A DNA stretch of 64,000 nucleotides from Haliotis rubra (GCF_003918875.1 NW_025766792.1:620001-684000); one strand, 5' to 3'; shown: positions 12,137 through 26,150, counted from the stretch's first letter. Numbers and translations are program-made. The notes: a model not told the origin generated them from the sequence alone.

Positions 12137-13242
12137 AGCAATAAGAAGTCCACCTGATTCTCCCTTGATTCTTGAACATATTTCCAAATTAAACAAGAAA
12201 TTAATGAGTAGACTTTCACCCCTCAATCCCCCTCACTACCAGGAGCCTGTCCTCCCATCCTTATGTCGTCCTCACCTACCGAGGAGAAAACCAATGCTGA
12301 TGCTCAGAAATGCTCTACTGCCAGAACCTCAAGACAATCTAAAACTTATGACAGGTTCATGTACAGACTTAAATGAAACTTACTATGACCATTTTTGATT
12401 ACTTTACCACTAAGCTTTCTTAGTAGGCAAAGATAAAGCTGAATGGCTAAAATAACTAAATAATAATTCCAGCACAAGGCTGGCTGTGTAGGTACAGACA
12501 AACCTACAAACAAGATTAGGTCTCTGGCATGCGAGGGATGCAACTCAGAACACAATATTGAGATGCCTCGAAGGACTGGACCAAGTCTGCATCAGATGAC
12601 AGCAGAGCCTTTGTCTTTACCTCATAGAAGCAGACGGCAACACCTGTGATGAATGTGAAAGCTCTGACATCCTCACTATTCCAGTTCCAAAACAGGACTC
12701 TCCATACTAATTGGATCTGATGTAACCTTCTACTAACACACTATTAGAGAGACTGTCAAGTATATCCAAGTCAGATATACAAGAGTTCTGTCCCCTTCCT
12801 CCTTCAGCTTCATCATAGCTAATGCACATTCCAGCTGAACAGAATCAAGAGGAGTGCTTCAAAAGTCAATCTGTTAATCGTTTGGGGCACATGGGGGACC
12901 TTGAAGTTGGAGGCAAGAACAGGTTTCGTGATTCATTCACTTAGCACTCAGTTTCCTTCAGAATAATTACAGCACTTCATTCCTGTCTGTAGGAGACACA
13001 AAGTATTTGCAGATGCCCTAAGACCAAGCATGTATGACTAGCAGAGCAGCAGAAAAGTAAAAGAAAATGTTTTAAGTTTCTATATTTTTGGGCTGGCATT
13101 TTCATCCAAGCAATGAAAAGAATCCAGTACTATGGTAAGTCCAGATGACATGGACTTCACTGAATCACCATCAGAATCTTACCGATTTCACCTGTCTTTC
13201 ACCTATCTTCATCAGGTTATGGCATTGTTTAAAAACTCTGGG

Positions 13243-13395
13243 GAGGAGTTTTATACTACTTTTAGCAATATTCTAGCAAAGTTCCTGGTAGGAACACAAA
13301 AACTGGACTTCAGACAGTATACCCACATGGGAATTGAACCCAGGTTTTGGGCATGACGAGAAAAATCTTTAACCACTATGCTACCCTTCTGCCTA
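13243..13395 (-). mobile_element. SINE family A, diverged
   Basis: Degenerate match to the consensus. Confidence 0.7.
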
Positions 13396-13723
13396 CTAAA
13401 TCCCACAAGACCACAGCAAATGATAACATTCTCTTTTATTTGATTTGGATAATGGAGATCAGGAGAAAAGTTTGAATTCTAAATGAGGTAAAGGATCAGA
13501 CTTTTTTTTCTTTAGTTCTGATATATGTTGCCATTTTTCTGTCTGTCAGAATCTTACTGAGGCTGGCTTTGAGCCTCATCATTCACGTATCCTCATCACA
13601 TTATGGCATTTTTAAAAACTCTCTAGTTAGAGATTTTTCTATCTGTCATTATATATACATATTATCTTGCCTCACACATATATGTCGCTTTCTGATTGGC
13701 TGAGCGCTCTTCTATTATTTTCA

Positions 13724-13875
13724 GGGGCGGTGGGGTAGCCTAGTGGTTAAAGCGTTCGCTCGTCACGCCGAAGGCCCGATTTCCCACATGGGTAAACTGT
13801 GTGAAGCCCATTTCTGGTGTCCCCCACCATGATATTGCTGGAATATTGCTAAAAGCGGCGTAAAATCAAACTCAC
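13724..13875 (+). mobile_element. SINE family A
   Basis: 13-bp TSD tctattattttca at 13711-13723 and 13876-13888. Confidence 0.88.
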
Positions 13876-13916
13876 TCTATTATTTTCAATGTACCTTGCT
13901 TACAAGTGAGTTACAT

Positions 13917-16900
13917 TTTTTAGGTTACCCACTGGGAATGCTGAACTGAGGGAATTCAGTTGGTACTTTGTGTTAGAAAATTCCTTATCTCGGGTAATTT
14001 AGTCATGTATGATGTACGGAAATTACAGATGTTTTGTGAATGCAAATCAATGGAAGGGAGATAACTCTAAATTTGTTTTTCTTGTCGTCTTCCGTTGGTA
14101 TTGGCTAACTGTCTAACTCTGGTACTCCTTAAAATCATCCGATACCCGTGATTCAAACAGTTCAAAATTAACATAGAGGTCTTCGGTAAGATAAATACTT
14201 TGTTCACTGGTCCCTCGGGGGCCCATGGGTTGATTATGTTCATAAACAAATATAGTGGGTACAATCATCAACTCATGTCCCCCTGGTGACCAGTGAACAA
14301 CTTATATTGTCACCAACAGAACGATGCACAAATGTCCTCCACATGTTGGTCTCTGTGGCTGTTCACAATGCAATACTCAACGTGTTTCTATAACACCATT
14401 TGTCAAATCAAACCCTTCAATTTCAAAATATATACACATACCACTTCCTGCTGAGACTGAAACCTAACATTGACATGTCAAGGATCAACACAATCGGCCA
14501 TCTGGATGAAAGCAGCCTGACACTTAACAGGTCTCCATCAAAACAATCTGGCTTTTTGTTTTCATAGCAAGACCTCAGAAATGTGGTTAAACTTGGATTA
14601 CACTTGAATATACATTTATTCAGTATAAACTCATGCAAGACAAGCAAAACACATTGTATCTGACATCACGACATCATACCACTTGGCAATCGTCACATTT
14701 GACCTGTGAAGGAACACTTACATACAGGCTACTGACAATATATCCACACTCAGTGATGCCTTCTACACTGAGGGCTATGATTAGGAAGCCTTCTCTCATT
14801 GTTTTAGAAACACAATTTATGTTAGTGTTGATACTGAAATGGGATCTAAATTCAAGATCCACGCATCCAGTCCACATTAAAGGGAGACAACTCTCAAAGA
14901 TCTTGACAATGGCTGCAGTGAGTCACACAAAGCAAGCGATGATGGTAAAAAGATGGTTCTTATTGCAGTTAGTAATATAATCAAGACATCAAAAAGAGGA
15001 AAGAAGAGTCACCTCTCCCTGGCACATCGACTCACCTGCAGTGGTTCATGAGGCCCAACACACAAAACGGAATTTTTCTCATGCACATTCTTTTCAAGAT
15101 AGCATAGGATGAATAAACATATTATTTACAGAAAACAGAATTGGGACTAATGGTACATTTTTTCCAAGATGACAACCAACAGACACAGATGGGTACACCG
15201 CCAACTCGACTCTAATATGCAAAAATTACACAAAGTTTGTGCTGATGTAATAGAAAACAAAATCTGCTTCATATATGTAGGGAAATTTTAAATTTTAAAA
15301 TATTTGTAGTGGCAAAAAAATGACTGCGGTACTGGGACTAAAATGCTGTGATGATGTCCAAGAAACGTTATCAGTCAAGAATGTATCTGAGGACACAGAA
15401 TGAAGTTTAAAGGACACTTGGAACATATGATGTACATATACATGCAGAGCTACAGATAACTTTCGGGTCATTGAGTTACGTACTCGCTTGTGTTCATATC
15501 AATTGGGTATCTTAATTTTCCTTTGAGTAACCAAATAAATTGTACTCACCTCACTCAAACTCAATTTGGTATTTTGCCATTTTCCAATAATTTAAAAAAT
15601 ATAATAAAGTTTAAATGTTAGTGTTTGTGATTTACATTTGATCTGTAATATGAGAAACGATAAGAAAGACTGCAAGTTGTCAAGTTAATGTCCTAAAATA
15701 GAACCTCTCAATATACGTCAGTTATTTTATCTATCCACCGGTACGCAACCTACGATTGGACATTTTTGTGTGTACGCATGTAAGATCACATTTATTGAGT
15801 ATTTACAAAACTTCAAGCGTACTTGTACGCAATAGACTTAATAGGAATTGAGTTTTCACATAAATATTTGCGTAATTTACGCAGATATGCAGCTTATCTG
15901 TACCTCTGACATAGAATCATTCTTCTCTAGCCACAGCTGTGGTGGATTCATAGCAGAGTCAAAAAGGAACAAATCTCAGAAATGCAAAGTGATGTGTGCA
16001 TGTAACATGCAGTGGTCAAACTGAAGACAAGCACAATGCACAGGTAATGCCCATGTCAAACGAGAACCAATGAGAAATGAGAACACATGGGTTTGTAAAG
16101 CACTCAGAACAAGCTGGTGTTGGTGTGCCAACCATCAGGTGATGTGAGAAGCACTGGGCAGGGGAGGATCAAAGATGCACAGGACAGAGGTGGGAATAAT
16201 CAAATCATAATATTGATGATAAATNNNNNNNNNNNNNNNNNNNNNNNNNNNNNNNNNNNNNNNNNNNNNNNNNNNNNNNNNNNNNNNNNNNNNNNNNNNN
16301 NNNNNNNNNNNNNNNNNNNNNNNNNNNNNNNNNNNNNNNNNNNNNNNNNNNNNNNNNNNNNNNNNNNNNNNNNNNNNNNNNNNNNNNNNNNNNNNNNNNN
16401 NNNNNNNNNNNNNNNNNNNNNNNNNNNNNNNNNNNNNNNNNNNNNNNNNNNNNNNNNNTTTTAGCGCTGCACTGAAATAATACAGTTGTCTGTCTCCCTG
16501 TAAAGAGTTTCCTGACGAAGCTATCCTGTGATTGATATCATAAGCAACGATCCACGTGTGTCTGGGTACAATGACACCATTAATGATGTCACTGAAACTG
16601 AAGACCACCTGATCACTTCCTTCTTCTCTTACGACAAGCGAAGGTTGCCATAGCTGATCAACTCTAACAGTGTTCCATAAAGAAAACATAGAAGTAAACA
16701 AGGATAAATATAATACATGCTGCAGCTTATAAAAATAACGATGATGATGATGATGAAGATGATGATGATGATGAAGATGAACCCCCGCTGGCAAACGAAA
16801 GTACCATTTTTTAGGTTTTTAGGTTACCCACTGGGAATGCTGAACTGAGGGAATTCAGTTGGTACTTTGTGTTAGAAAATTCCTTATCTCGGGTAATTTA

Positions 16901-19182
16901 GTCATGTATGATGTACGGAAATTACAGATGTTTTGTGAATGCAAATCAATGGAAGGGAGATAACTCTAAATTTGTTTTTCTTGTCGTCTTCCGTTGGTAT
17001 TGGCTAACTGTCTAACTCTGGTACTCCTTAAAATCATCCGATACCCGTGATTCAAACAGTTCAAAATTAACATAGAGGTCTTCGGTAAGATAAATACTTT
17101 GTTCACTGGTCCCTCGGGGCCCATGGGTTGATTATGTTCATAAACAAATATAGTGGGTACAATCATCAACTCATGTCCCCCTGGTGACCAGTGAACAACT
17201 TATATTGTCACCAACAGAACGATGCACAAATGTCCTCCACATGTTGGTCTCTGTGGCTGTTCACAATGCAATACTCAACGTGTTTCTATAACACCATTTG
17301 TCAAATCAAACCCTTCAATTTCAAAATATATACACATACCACTTCCTGCTGAGACTGAAACCTAACATTGACATGTCAAGGATCAACACAATCGGCCATC
17401 TGGATGAAAGCAGCCTGACACTTAACAGGTCTCCATCAAAACAATCTGGCTTTTGTTTTCATAGCAAGACCTCAGAAATGTGGTTAAACTTGGATTACAC
17501 TTGAATATACATTTATTCAGTATAAACTCATGCAAGACAAGCAAAACACATTGTATCTGACATCACGACATCATACCACTTGGCAATCGTCACATTTGAC
17601 CTGTGAAGGAACACTTACATACAGGCTACTGACAATATATCCACACTCAGTGATGCCTTCTACACTGAGGGCTATGATTAGGAAGCCTTCTCTCATTGTT
17701 TTAGAAACACAATTTATGTTAGTGTTGATACTGAAATGGGATCTAAATTCAAGATCCACGCATCCAGTCCACATTAAAGGGAGACAACTCTCAAAGATCT
17801 TGACAATGGCTGCAGTGAGTCACACAAAGCAAGCGATGATGGTAAAAAGATGGTTCTTATTGCAGTTAGTAATATAATCAAGACATCAAAAAAGAGGACA
17901 CGAGGAGGTTTAAAAAGTAATCTTATTGGTCAAGGAGTATCACCTCTCCCTGGCACATCGACTCACCTGCAGTGGTTCATGAGGCCCAACACACAAAACG
18001 GAATTTTTCTCATGCACATTCTTTTCAAGATAGCATAGGATGAATAAACATATTATTTACAGAAAACAGAATTGGGACTAATGGTACATTTTTTCCAAGA
18101 TGACAACCAACAGACACAGATGGGTACACCGCCAACTCGACTCTAATATGCAAAAATTACACAAAGTTTGTGCTGATGTAATAGAAAACAAAATCTGCTT
18201 CATATATGTAGGGAAATTTTAAATTTTAAAATATTTGTAGTGGCAAAAAAATGACTGCTGTACTGGGACTAAAATGCTGTGATGATGTCCAAGAAAACAT
18301 TATCAGTCAAGAATGTATCTGAGGACACAGAATGAAGTTTAAAGGACACTTGGAACATATGATGTACATATACATGCAGAGCTACAGATAACTTTGGGTC
18401 ATTGAGTTACGCACTCGCTTGTGTTCATATCAATTGGGTATCCTAATTTTCCTTTGAGTAACCAAATAAATTGTACTCACCTCACTCCAAACTCAATTGT
18501 GTATTTTGCCATTTTCCAATAATTTAAAAAATATAATAAAGTTTAAATGTTAGTGTTTGTGATTTTACATTTGATCTGTAATATGAGAAACGATAAGAAA
18601 GACTGCAAGTTGTCGAGCTAATGTCCTAAAATAGAACCTCTCAATATACGTCAGTTATTTTATCTATCCACCGGTACGCAACCTACGATTGGACATTTTT
18701 GTGTGTACGCATGTAAGATCACATTTATTGAGTATTTACAAAACTTCAAGCGTACTTGTACGCAATAGACTTAATAGGAATTGAGTTTTCACATAAATAT
18801 TTGCGTAATTTACGCAGATATGCAGCTTATCTGTACCTCTGACATAGAATCATTCTTCTCTAGCCACAGCTGTGGTGGATTCATAGCAGAGTCACAAAGA
18901 AAGGAACAAATCTCAGAAATGCAAAGTGATGTGTGCATGTAACATGCAGTGGTCAAACTGAAGACAAGCACAATGCACAGGTAATGCCCATGTCAAACGA
19001 GAACCAATGAGAAATGAGAACACATGGGTTTGTAAAGCACTCAGAACAAGCTGGTGTTGGTGTGCCAACCATCAGGTGATGTGAGAAGCACTGGGCAGGG
19101 GGAGGATCAAAGATGCACAGGACAGAGGTGGGAATAATCAAATCATAATATTGATGATAAATATGAATTGCAAGACCAAGAA

Positions 19183-19244
<62 letters not shown>

Positions 19245-19700
19245 AAGAAAGAGAATGTGTNNNNNNNNNNNNNNNNNNNNNNNNNNNNNNNNNNNNNNNN
19301 NNNNNNNNNNNNNNNNNNNNNNNNNNNNNNNNNNNNNNNNNNNNNNNNNNNNNNNNNNNNNNNNNNNNNNNNNNNNNNNNNNNNNNNNNNNNNNNNNNNT
19401 TTTAGCGCGCTGCACTGAAATAATACAGTTGTCTGTCTCCCTGTAAAGAGTTTCCTGACGAAGCTATCCTGTGATTGATATCATAAGCAACGATCCACGT
19501 GTGTCTGGGTACAATGACACCATTAATGATGTCACTGAAACTGAAGACCACCTGATCACTTCCTTCTTCTCTTACGACAAGCGAAGGTTGCCATAGCTGA
19601 TCAACTCTAACAGTGTTCCATAAAGAAAACATAGAAGTAAACAAGGATAAATATAATACATGCTGCAGCTTATAAAAATAACGATGATGATGATGATGAT
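13917..19700. repeat. ~2.9-kb near-identical tandem duplication (13917-16760 vs 16817-19700)
   Basis: The copies are colinear and nearly identical, and each has an N gap at the same microsatellite position. Confidence 0.9.
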
Positions 19701-20019
19701 GGGGGAGACTAAACTAGACTCCTACCAAATGCAAACACATCACTCCACAGCAACAATCAGAACACAAACGCCACACAAACATCAACCAACATGGTTGTAA
19801 ATCACAACCATGACACAACTACAACCACAAAAGTCTCTAACAAGTTGCAGTTAGTCAGCATACTTAAAATCTGTTTCTATTTCCACAAGGCAACATAAAG
19901 CATCTCAACCCACAATGCATCAGATGCATAACTGTCTCACTGTCAAAAACAAAACACTCCTCTAAGTCTTGAACTATCCCACGATGCATCATTCTCGACA
20001 CGATAGCGTGCAATCTTAC

Positions 20020-20193
20020 TCGTCGTAGACCCATGATGAAGTGGTCTATAGGGAACGTCCAGTTGTAGAACAACGTTTTCCAGTCCCACCGAGCAAGAGT
20101 CGTCGTCACGTTTAAATTACCCGCCCCTTGTGAAACAGACGAGTCTAATGTCTTGGATCGGCCCTCAGAGGTACTGTCGTCCCATAAACTCAT
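20020..20193 (-). CDS. Candidate cassette or alternative first exon of the AFAP1-like gene
   Basis: ttttgttttgtggtcaag|ATG AGT...CGA CGA|gtaaga; 174 nt, phase 0-0, open (MSLWDDSTSEG...HFIMGLRR), CpG-richer than flanks. No recognised homology. Confidence 0.45.
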
Positions 20194-22654
20194 CTTGACC
20201 ACAAAACAAAACATAATCTCATTAATATTTGTTCTTACAATATGTCTGCTTGTTTGTTAGTTTTGAAATGGTGAACTCTGCAACATTCCATCCATATGAT
20301 GCTGAGCTGTAAGTAATCAAATCTGGATCAGACGAACCAGTGACTGATCACGCTGAAAGTGGGTCTACAGGTTAATGTTTTTCAATGAATTTACCATCCT
20401 ATTATGAGACAGACAAGGAAATATCAACCAAGTGTGCAAGTCAAAGCATACACAGGTTATGTCAAGACAAATGTGATCAAAACAATCTATGTGTCATAAT
20501 TCACACATCTACTAATAATTAGTTTATAGGACAGCACAATATACTATATCTTAAAGTAACAAAAGTACTGATGAAACATGTATGAACTTCAGATATAATT
20601 TTATTATCAAATCAAAACTAAAACACACTAAACATTAGGATCTAACAAAATAACATTATAATTGAGTCTGCAATTTACAATTATTACGCAATATGACCAT
20701 CATTGTACAAGTGTTATTTGTAATAAATGACCTTTAAACAACTATTATTGTCAGTGTAATAAATATCAACATTTTCAGAGGTTAAAGTTTACTCCAGGTT
20801 ATGCCAATCAGGTTGGTTACACAGTCAAGCATGAACTGTTATAGCTTTACATGTCAAGCAGATTATTTTTCATATTTTCTGTCGTACATTTCACAATTGG
20901 ATCAAATGACTCAAGCAGATTAAACGTAAGCAACCAGTTACCTACTTAACGTAGGGTGCAATTAATATGTCGCAGTGCATGTACAAGAGTTGGTAGGTGT
21001 TATTTCCGTGAGTAAGTAGGCTTTTCATTGCTGAGTAGATCTTGGACATAAGAGACATAATTTGTTACATTCAACACTTGAAATCCAAGAAACTATTTGT
21101 AATAAAAGTCGACACCTTTTTTAATATGCGCTTTCTAATTTGGGACATTCGCTACTTAAAATGCTGCAGCGTCTAGGAAGGTAAACTTTATTTTAATCTC
21201 ATAAACAGTTTCTAGTGATGTGAGTTTAACCTGAACTATATGCATTAATAATTGGAGGAATCTTTTTGAACAGAATGATGCCAACAAATGTGTTTTTTGA
21301 AGACTAGTTACATCACATGCAGTTTATTTGTACCACATTTAACCAATTAAGTGTTCAATAAGAAGCATGCCATTATTAAGTGGTGACCGTTCCTTCACCT
21401 CTCTTAGCCATATTCCACATTTTTGGTGGCATCATGTGTGAAAGCTTCACAACTTAGTCATTTCACTTTAACTAGGATGGGATGCTTTACACTCCATTAT
21501 ATAAAGATTGTTGTGAGAAGTATATCTTTGAATATAGAAATGTCTATTGCAATATTGCTGCTTTGAGAAAATGCTAACACTGAGACTGTATCAAGACAAA
21601 TTATCAATACTAGATTAATAAATGACAGCCAGAGAAATAAAGATTTCCATGGTAACGAAAGGCAGAAAATTTCATTGTAAATATTTAATAGATTGGCCTA
21701 GTTCATATTTAGCCTCAAATTGATCAAACCCTTATACATTTTTATCAAAATCTTTTGGAAAAACTGACTTTATTATTTACCAATATATTGTGATTTTGTT
21801 CATACATGGAAAGAGGGGTAATAACAAATGCATTAATAGATTAGATGCTGACATTTTAATCAAAATTTTATTGAGTAAAAAATTCTATTAACAAAACTGG
21901 ATCATATCCTTTGCAAACTTTCTGTCTAATCCGTGACACAAATTTATTCCTAAAAGCTGAAATATTTTGCAATGTTTTCACACTGAAGCATCCATTGCCT
22001 CAAGCTTATCATAAGTGAAGAGTCTTTTAAAGGCAGTTAACCAAAAAGTGTAGCTATTTTATGATTTCTTGGTGATCGCTCGAATGAGCCCTAGAAACAT
22101 GAAAGGGGCACCTGCTATGTACATTGCACATCAATCATAATCAATTTCATCTGTCCTGCAGGGTGAAGTACTGTCTCCCTTGTTTTCTATACTTATAACA
22201 TGTTCTTCTCTTAAAAGTTGTTAAACAATGTCTGGTTATTTTGTTAGGACAAGAAGCCATCATGTTCATTACCTTCCTGTTCCGAGGATACTTGTTATTT
22301 CTCTGTTAAAAATATTTTAGTTGTAAAACATGATAAGACGTTTTTTGGTCACTGTTTGTTATTATGAGTCACTCATTAATATTCCAGCTATATGAATGGG
22401 GTCTGTGTATAAGTCTGGATCAGAGCTCATGAGCATGGCTCCGCCCAACTGCCATGTGATCACCAATATTAACCAAGTGTGTAAGTCAAAGCACACACAG
22501 GTTATGTGAAAACAAATGTGATCACAACTATCTATGTGTTTTAGAATCACGCATCTACTCATAATTAGTTTATAGGACAGCACAATATACTATATCTTAA
22601 AGTAACAAAAGCCTAGATGAAACATGAATGAACTTCAGATACGATATTATTTTA

Positions 22655-22862
22655 ACTTCTTTCAGTGGCATTGTTTAGACGTTGGGAGTAATATACAGAC
22701 AAACTTTATGGATAAACAACTTCCTTATTCGGTTGATGCGATGTTTCGATACAGATTCTTGTATCGTATCATACTTGCTTGACGATACAAGAATCTGTAT
22801 CGAAACGCCGCATCTACCGAATAAAGAAGTTGTTTATACATAAAGTTTGTCTGTATACAATG
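22655..22862. mobile_element. Palindromic insertion (~76-bp arms), possibly Penelope-derived
   Basis: Hairpin 22692-22857; TSD ttatttta at 22647-22654 and 22863-22870; an empty site is visible in the paralogous segment near 20591-20612. Confidence 0.72.
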
Positions 22863-22927
22863 TTATTTTATTATCAAATCGAAACTAAAAACACTTAACT
22901 TTATTATGGAATATTACCATCATTATA

Positions 22928-24514
22928 TACTACTCAAAGTTTGATAAGGATCATATTTTTCAGCACTTGTAAAACTTTCAACAAAGGTGAATGACAACCA
23001 ACACAGAGTGATTGATGTTCAGAAATGTTTACTTCAAGAAATTGTGACAGAAAAATTTGGCAAACATGACATTTCATCGCTGCAGACTCTAAGGTAAAGG
23101 GAGAGTACCATAAAAGCATGGTAATTTCATGATCATGTAAATTGTTTAAACTCTGCACATTCCATTTCACACTGCACAAACAAGTGTCAATAGCGGTATG
23201 GCCTCCTCCGTTAGCTCCAATGACAGCTTGGCAACGCCGCCTCATGCTTCCAACGAGGTTTTGAATGGACGCAAGATAGAGATTGTTCCATTCTTGGATC
23301 AGAACATTTTCAAGTTCCTGGAGGGTGGTTGGTTGTACAGGACGACGCGGAAATCGCTACCTGAAGCATATTCCAGACATGCTCGATAGGGTTGAGGTCT
23401 GGAGAACGAGCTGGCCAGTCCATACTTAACAATTGTCTCACGCTCCAGGTACTCGCCCACCACCCTAGCACGATGTGGACGCGCATTATCGCCCATGAGG
23501 ATGAAGTCAGGACCAACAGCACCAGCATATGGTCCCACGCACACATCCAGGACTTCATCCCTGTAGCGACTCCGTCATCGCGGCTCGCCTTTAGGACATG
23601 GAGATCAGTTCGCCCAGCTCGACTGATTCTCCCCAAATCATCAACGCACTCCACCACCATATCTGTCGCGGTTCAGCAACATTAGCGCCCTGATATCGTT
23701 CTCCTGCCCTTTCTCCACACTCGCGCACCCACGATCTGTGAAGTCAACACAAAACCTCGACTCGCCTGTGAAAAGTACAGGGCCCAATCAACAACCCTCC
23801 AATTCACATGAGCCCTGGCCCAATTCAAACGATCTTGTCTGTGTCGCTGAGTAAGAGGGATGCTAATACAGGCTCTCGGGAACGTAAGACCAGCTTCATG
23901 AAGACGACACGCGACAGTTTGCATGGAAATGTTAACTCCAGTTGCATTCAGAAGATCATTTCTAAGCGCAGTCGCCGCTGCAAAACCGATGACGTTGTGC
24001 TGAAATCAAGAGAAAACGGTCATCTTGCTGCGTGGTGGACCTTTCTCGTCGCTTCCATGTCGATGAGAAGCTGAACCATGAGCTTGATACCCGGTTCCAA
24101 GCTCTGCAAACAACGCCTGACTGACACCCAATAGCTCTGCAACGTGACGCGTTGTCTTGCACCATTTTCGAAAGCATTCCTATGCATCTGGCCAATTCTT
24201 CAACAGTCAAACGACGCCTTTGACGCTTGTGGAGGCATTTTCATAGAGTAACAGTGGACTTAAACGATGTCAGATGTAAAGACAATGCCCAAATTCAAAT
24301 CAACGACAAGCACTCAGAAATGTGAAAATGTGGGTACCATGCTTCACGCGGCTACTCATGATCATTGCAGCATGCATTTCCCTACCTAACCTGTGTTTTG
24401 AGGCTCAAAGAGGGTCAGTCCAACATTGTGATGAAATTTTGCGGTCATATCAATTCATATATTGATTTTATAATGTAAGAACTATATGATCCTTATCAAA
24501 CTCTTTGAGTAGTA
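22928..24514 (-). mobile_element. Tc1/mariner transposon, full length with frameshifted transposase
   Basis: TIRs tactactcaaa(ga)gtttgataaggatcatat, TA flanks; fragments FILMGDNARPHRAR and MDWPARSPDLNPIEHVW (DD34E-type); many frameshifts. Confidence 0.92.
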
Positions 24515-25515
24515 TACATGAGAGAAAGGGGCACCTGCTATGTACATTGCACATCAATCATAATCAATTTCATCTGTCCTGCAGGGTGAAGTACTGTCTC
24601 CCTTGTTTTCTATACTTAATTGTTAAACAATGTCTGGTTATTTTGTTAGGACAAGAAGCCATATTGTTCGTTACCTTCCTGTTCCGATGATACTTGTTAT
24701 TTCTCTGTTGAATATATTTTAGTTGTAAAACATGAAAAGAAATAGCTTTTGGTCACTGTTTGTTTTTATGAGTCACACATCAGTATTCCAGCTATAAGAT
24801 TGGGGTCTGTGTATAAGTCCGGATCAGAGCTCATGGCTCCGCCCAACTGACATGTGATCACTTGCTGTCCACAATGCCAGACCACCCAATCCACTCTGTC
24901 GCCTTTTCAGGCAAGCAAAGGTTGCAACGGAGTTATTTTCTTATCTTCAATCTGTTTCTCTATATGTATGTAATCATGGTGTATCACACAGATAGACCTG
25001 AGGTAAGGAATGACAAAGAAAAATCATATACAATATTTGACAATGTTAAAATAAATCATGTACACTATAACCAAAATGTTACTGTTCTTCAATACAGCTC
25101 CATCGAACTTATCCTATTTTCTGTACACTATACATTTATTAATAAATAGAAACTTTTCAAAAATGTCTTTAAGGTAGAACAAAGAATTTCTTTCTAAATT
25201 TATTTATACAAATATTGTATAGGCTGATTTGAGATTATTTTAAAAAAACAAAAACAAACTCTTGAAATAAAAGTTTTAGCCAAAATTACATCTTCATATT
25301 TGCTAAATAAATAAAAAAAACCAATCCATCACAAAGGAAAATAAATTGATCTACCCTCAAATATATAGTCCTGAAGATCTCCCACATACTCCTTCAACAT
25401 ACACATCTATATCTCATGTTGTTGGACCCAAATGGCCATCAGTATGTGTAAATTATGAGTGGGCTTCCCTGGTAACGATACGATTAAAACTAATTAGCAA
25501 CAGGTGGACACTTAC

Positions 25516-25611
25516 CTTGCTTCCATGTTCACTCTGCTGGGTGAAGTTGGTGCGAGCCAGGTGTTGGTAGGGGGTAGGGGGAGGTAACCCTTTAGCCATA
25601 ATGTTGATGTG
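25516..25611 (-). CDS. AFAP1-like: AFAP1-like exon (end of PH1 helix and linker)
   Basis: tgtccacag|CAC...AGC AAG|gtaagt; 96 nt, phase 0-0; HINIMAKGLPPPTPYQHLARTNFTQQSEHGSK. Confidence 0.88.
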
Positions 25612-25664
25612 CTGTGGACACATATGACAACACGACATATTTTTACTGGTTTAAATCGAGTACA

Positions 25665-25823
25665 AGTGCGTGTATGATTTTACACAGTTTTTAGCAATAT
25701 TCCAGCAATATCACAGCGGGGGCACCAGAAATGGGCTTCACACATTGTACCCATGTGGGGAATCGAACCTGCATCTTTGGCGTGATGAGCCAACGCTTTA
25801 CCCACTAGGCTACACCACTGCCT
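25665..25823 (-). mobile_element. SINE family A
   Basis: Consensus match; lies about 50 bp upstream of an exon acceptor. Confidence 0.82.
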
Positions 25824-25992
25824 CACTGGTTTTATTCACTATTCATATTTTATTATTCATCTTACAGCTCATACAAGAAGTCTGTTTGCTGTATTCAGCA
25901 ACATTACAGCTGAATCACAGCAGCTTGCAATAATCAAGCTTGAACCAGACAATCTGGTGACTGATGTTATGAGCAAAGACCCACAATTACTA

Positions 25993-26150
25993 TGAGTGAG
26001 TGAATGAGTTGGGTTTTACGCCACTTCAGCAATATTCCAGCAATATCACGGCGGGGGAAACCAGAAATGGGCTTCACACATTGTACCCATGTGGGGAATC
26101 GAACCCTGGTCTTCGGCACAATGAGCGTTTTAACCACTAGGCTACCCATT
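25993..26150 (-). mobile_element. SINE family A
   Basis: Consensus match. Confidence 0.85.

Noticed and set aside
14633-14980. 115-aa ORF present twice (also 17530-17877)
   Set aside because: The repetition comes from the 2.9-kb duplication; no coding signature or recognisable domain.
15444-15908. Possible hAT MITE (cagagctacagataa / ttatctgtacctctg)
   Set aside because: 15-bp inverted ends are present but no TSD was found, so it is left uncalled.
16117-16794. ORFs crossing N gaps (also about 19143-19446, 38128-38600 and 61855-62439)
   Set aside because: Open only because of undetermined bases.
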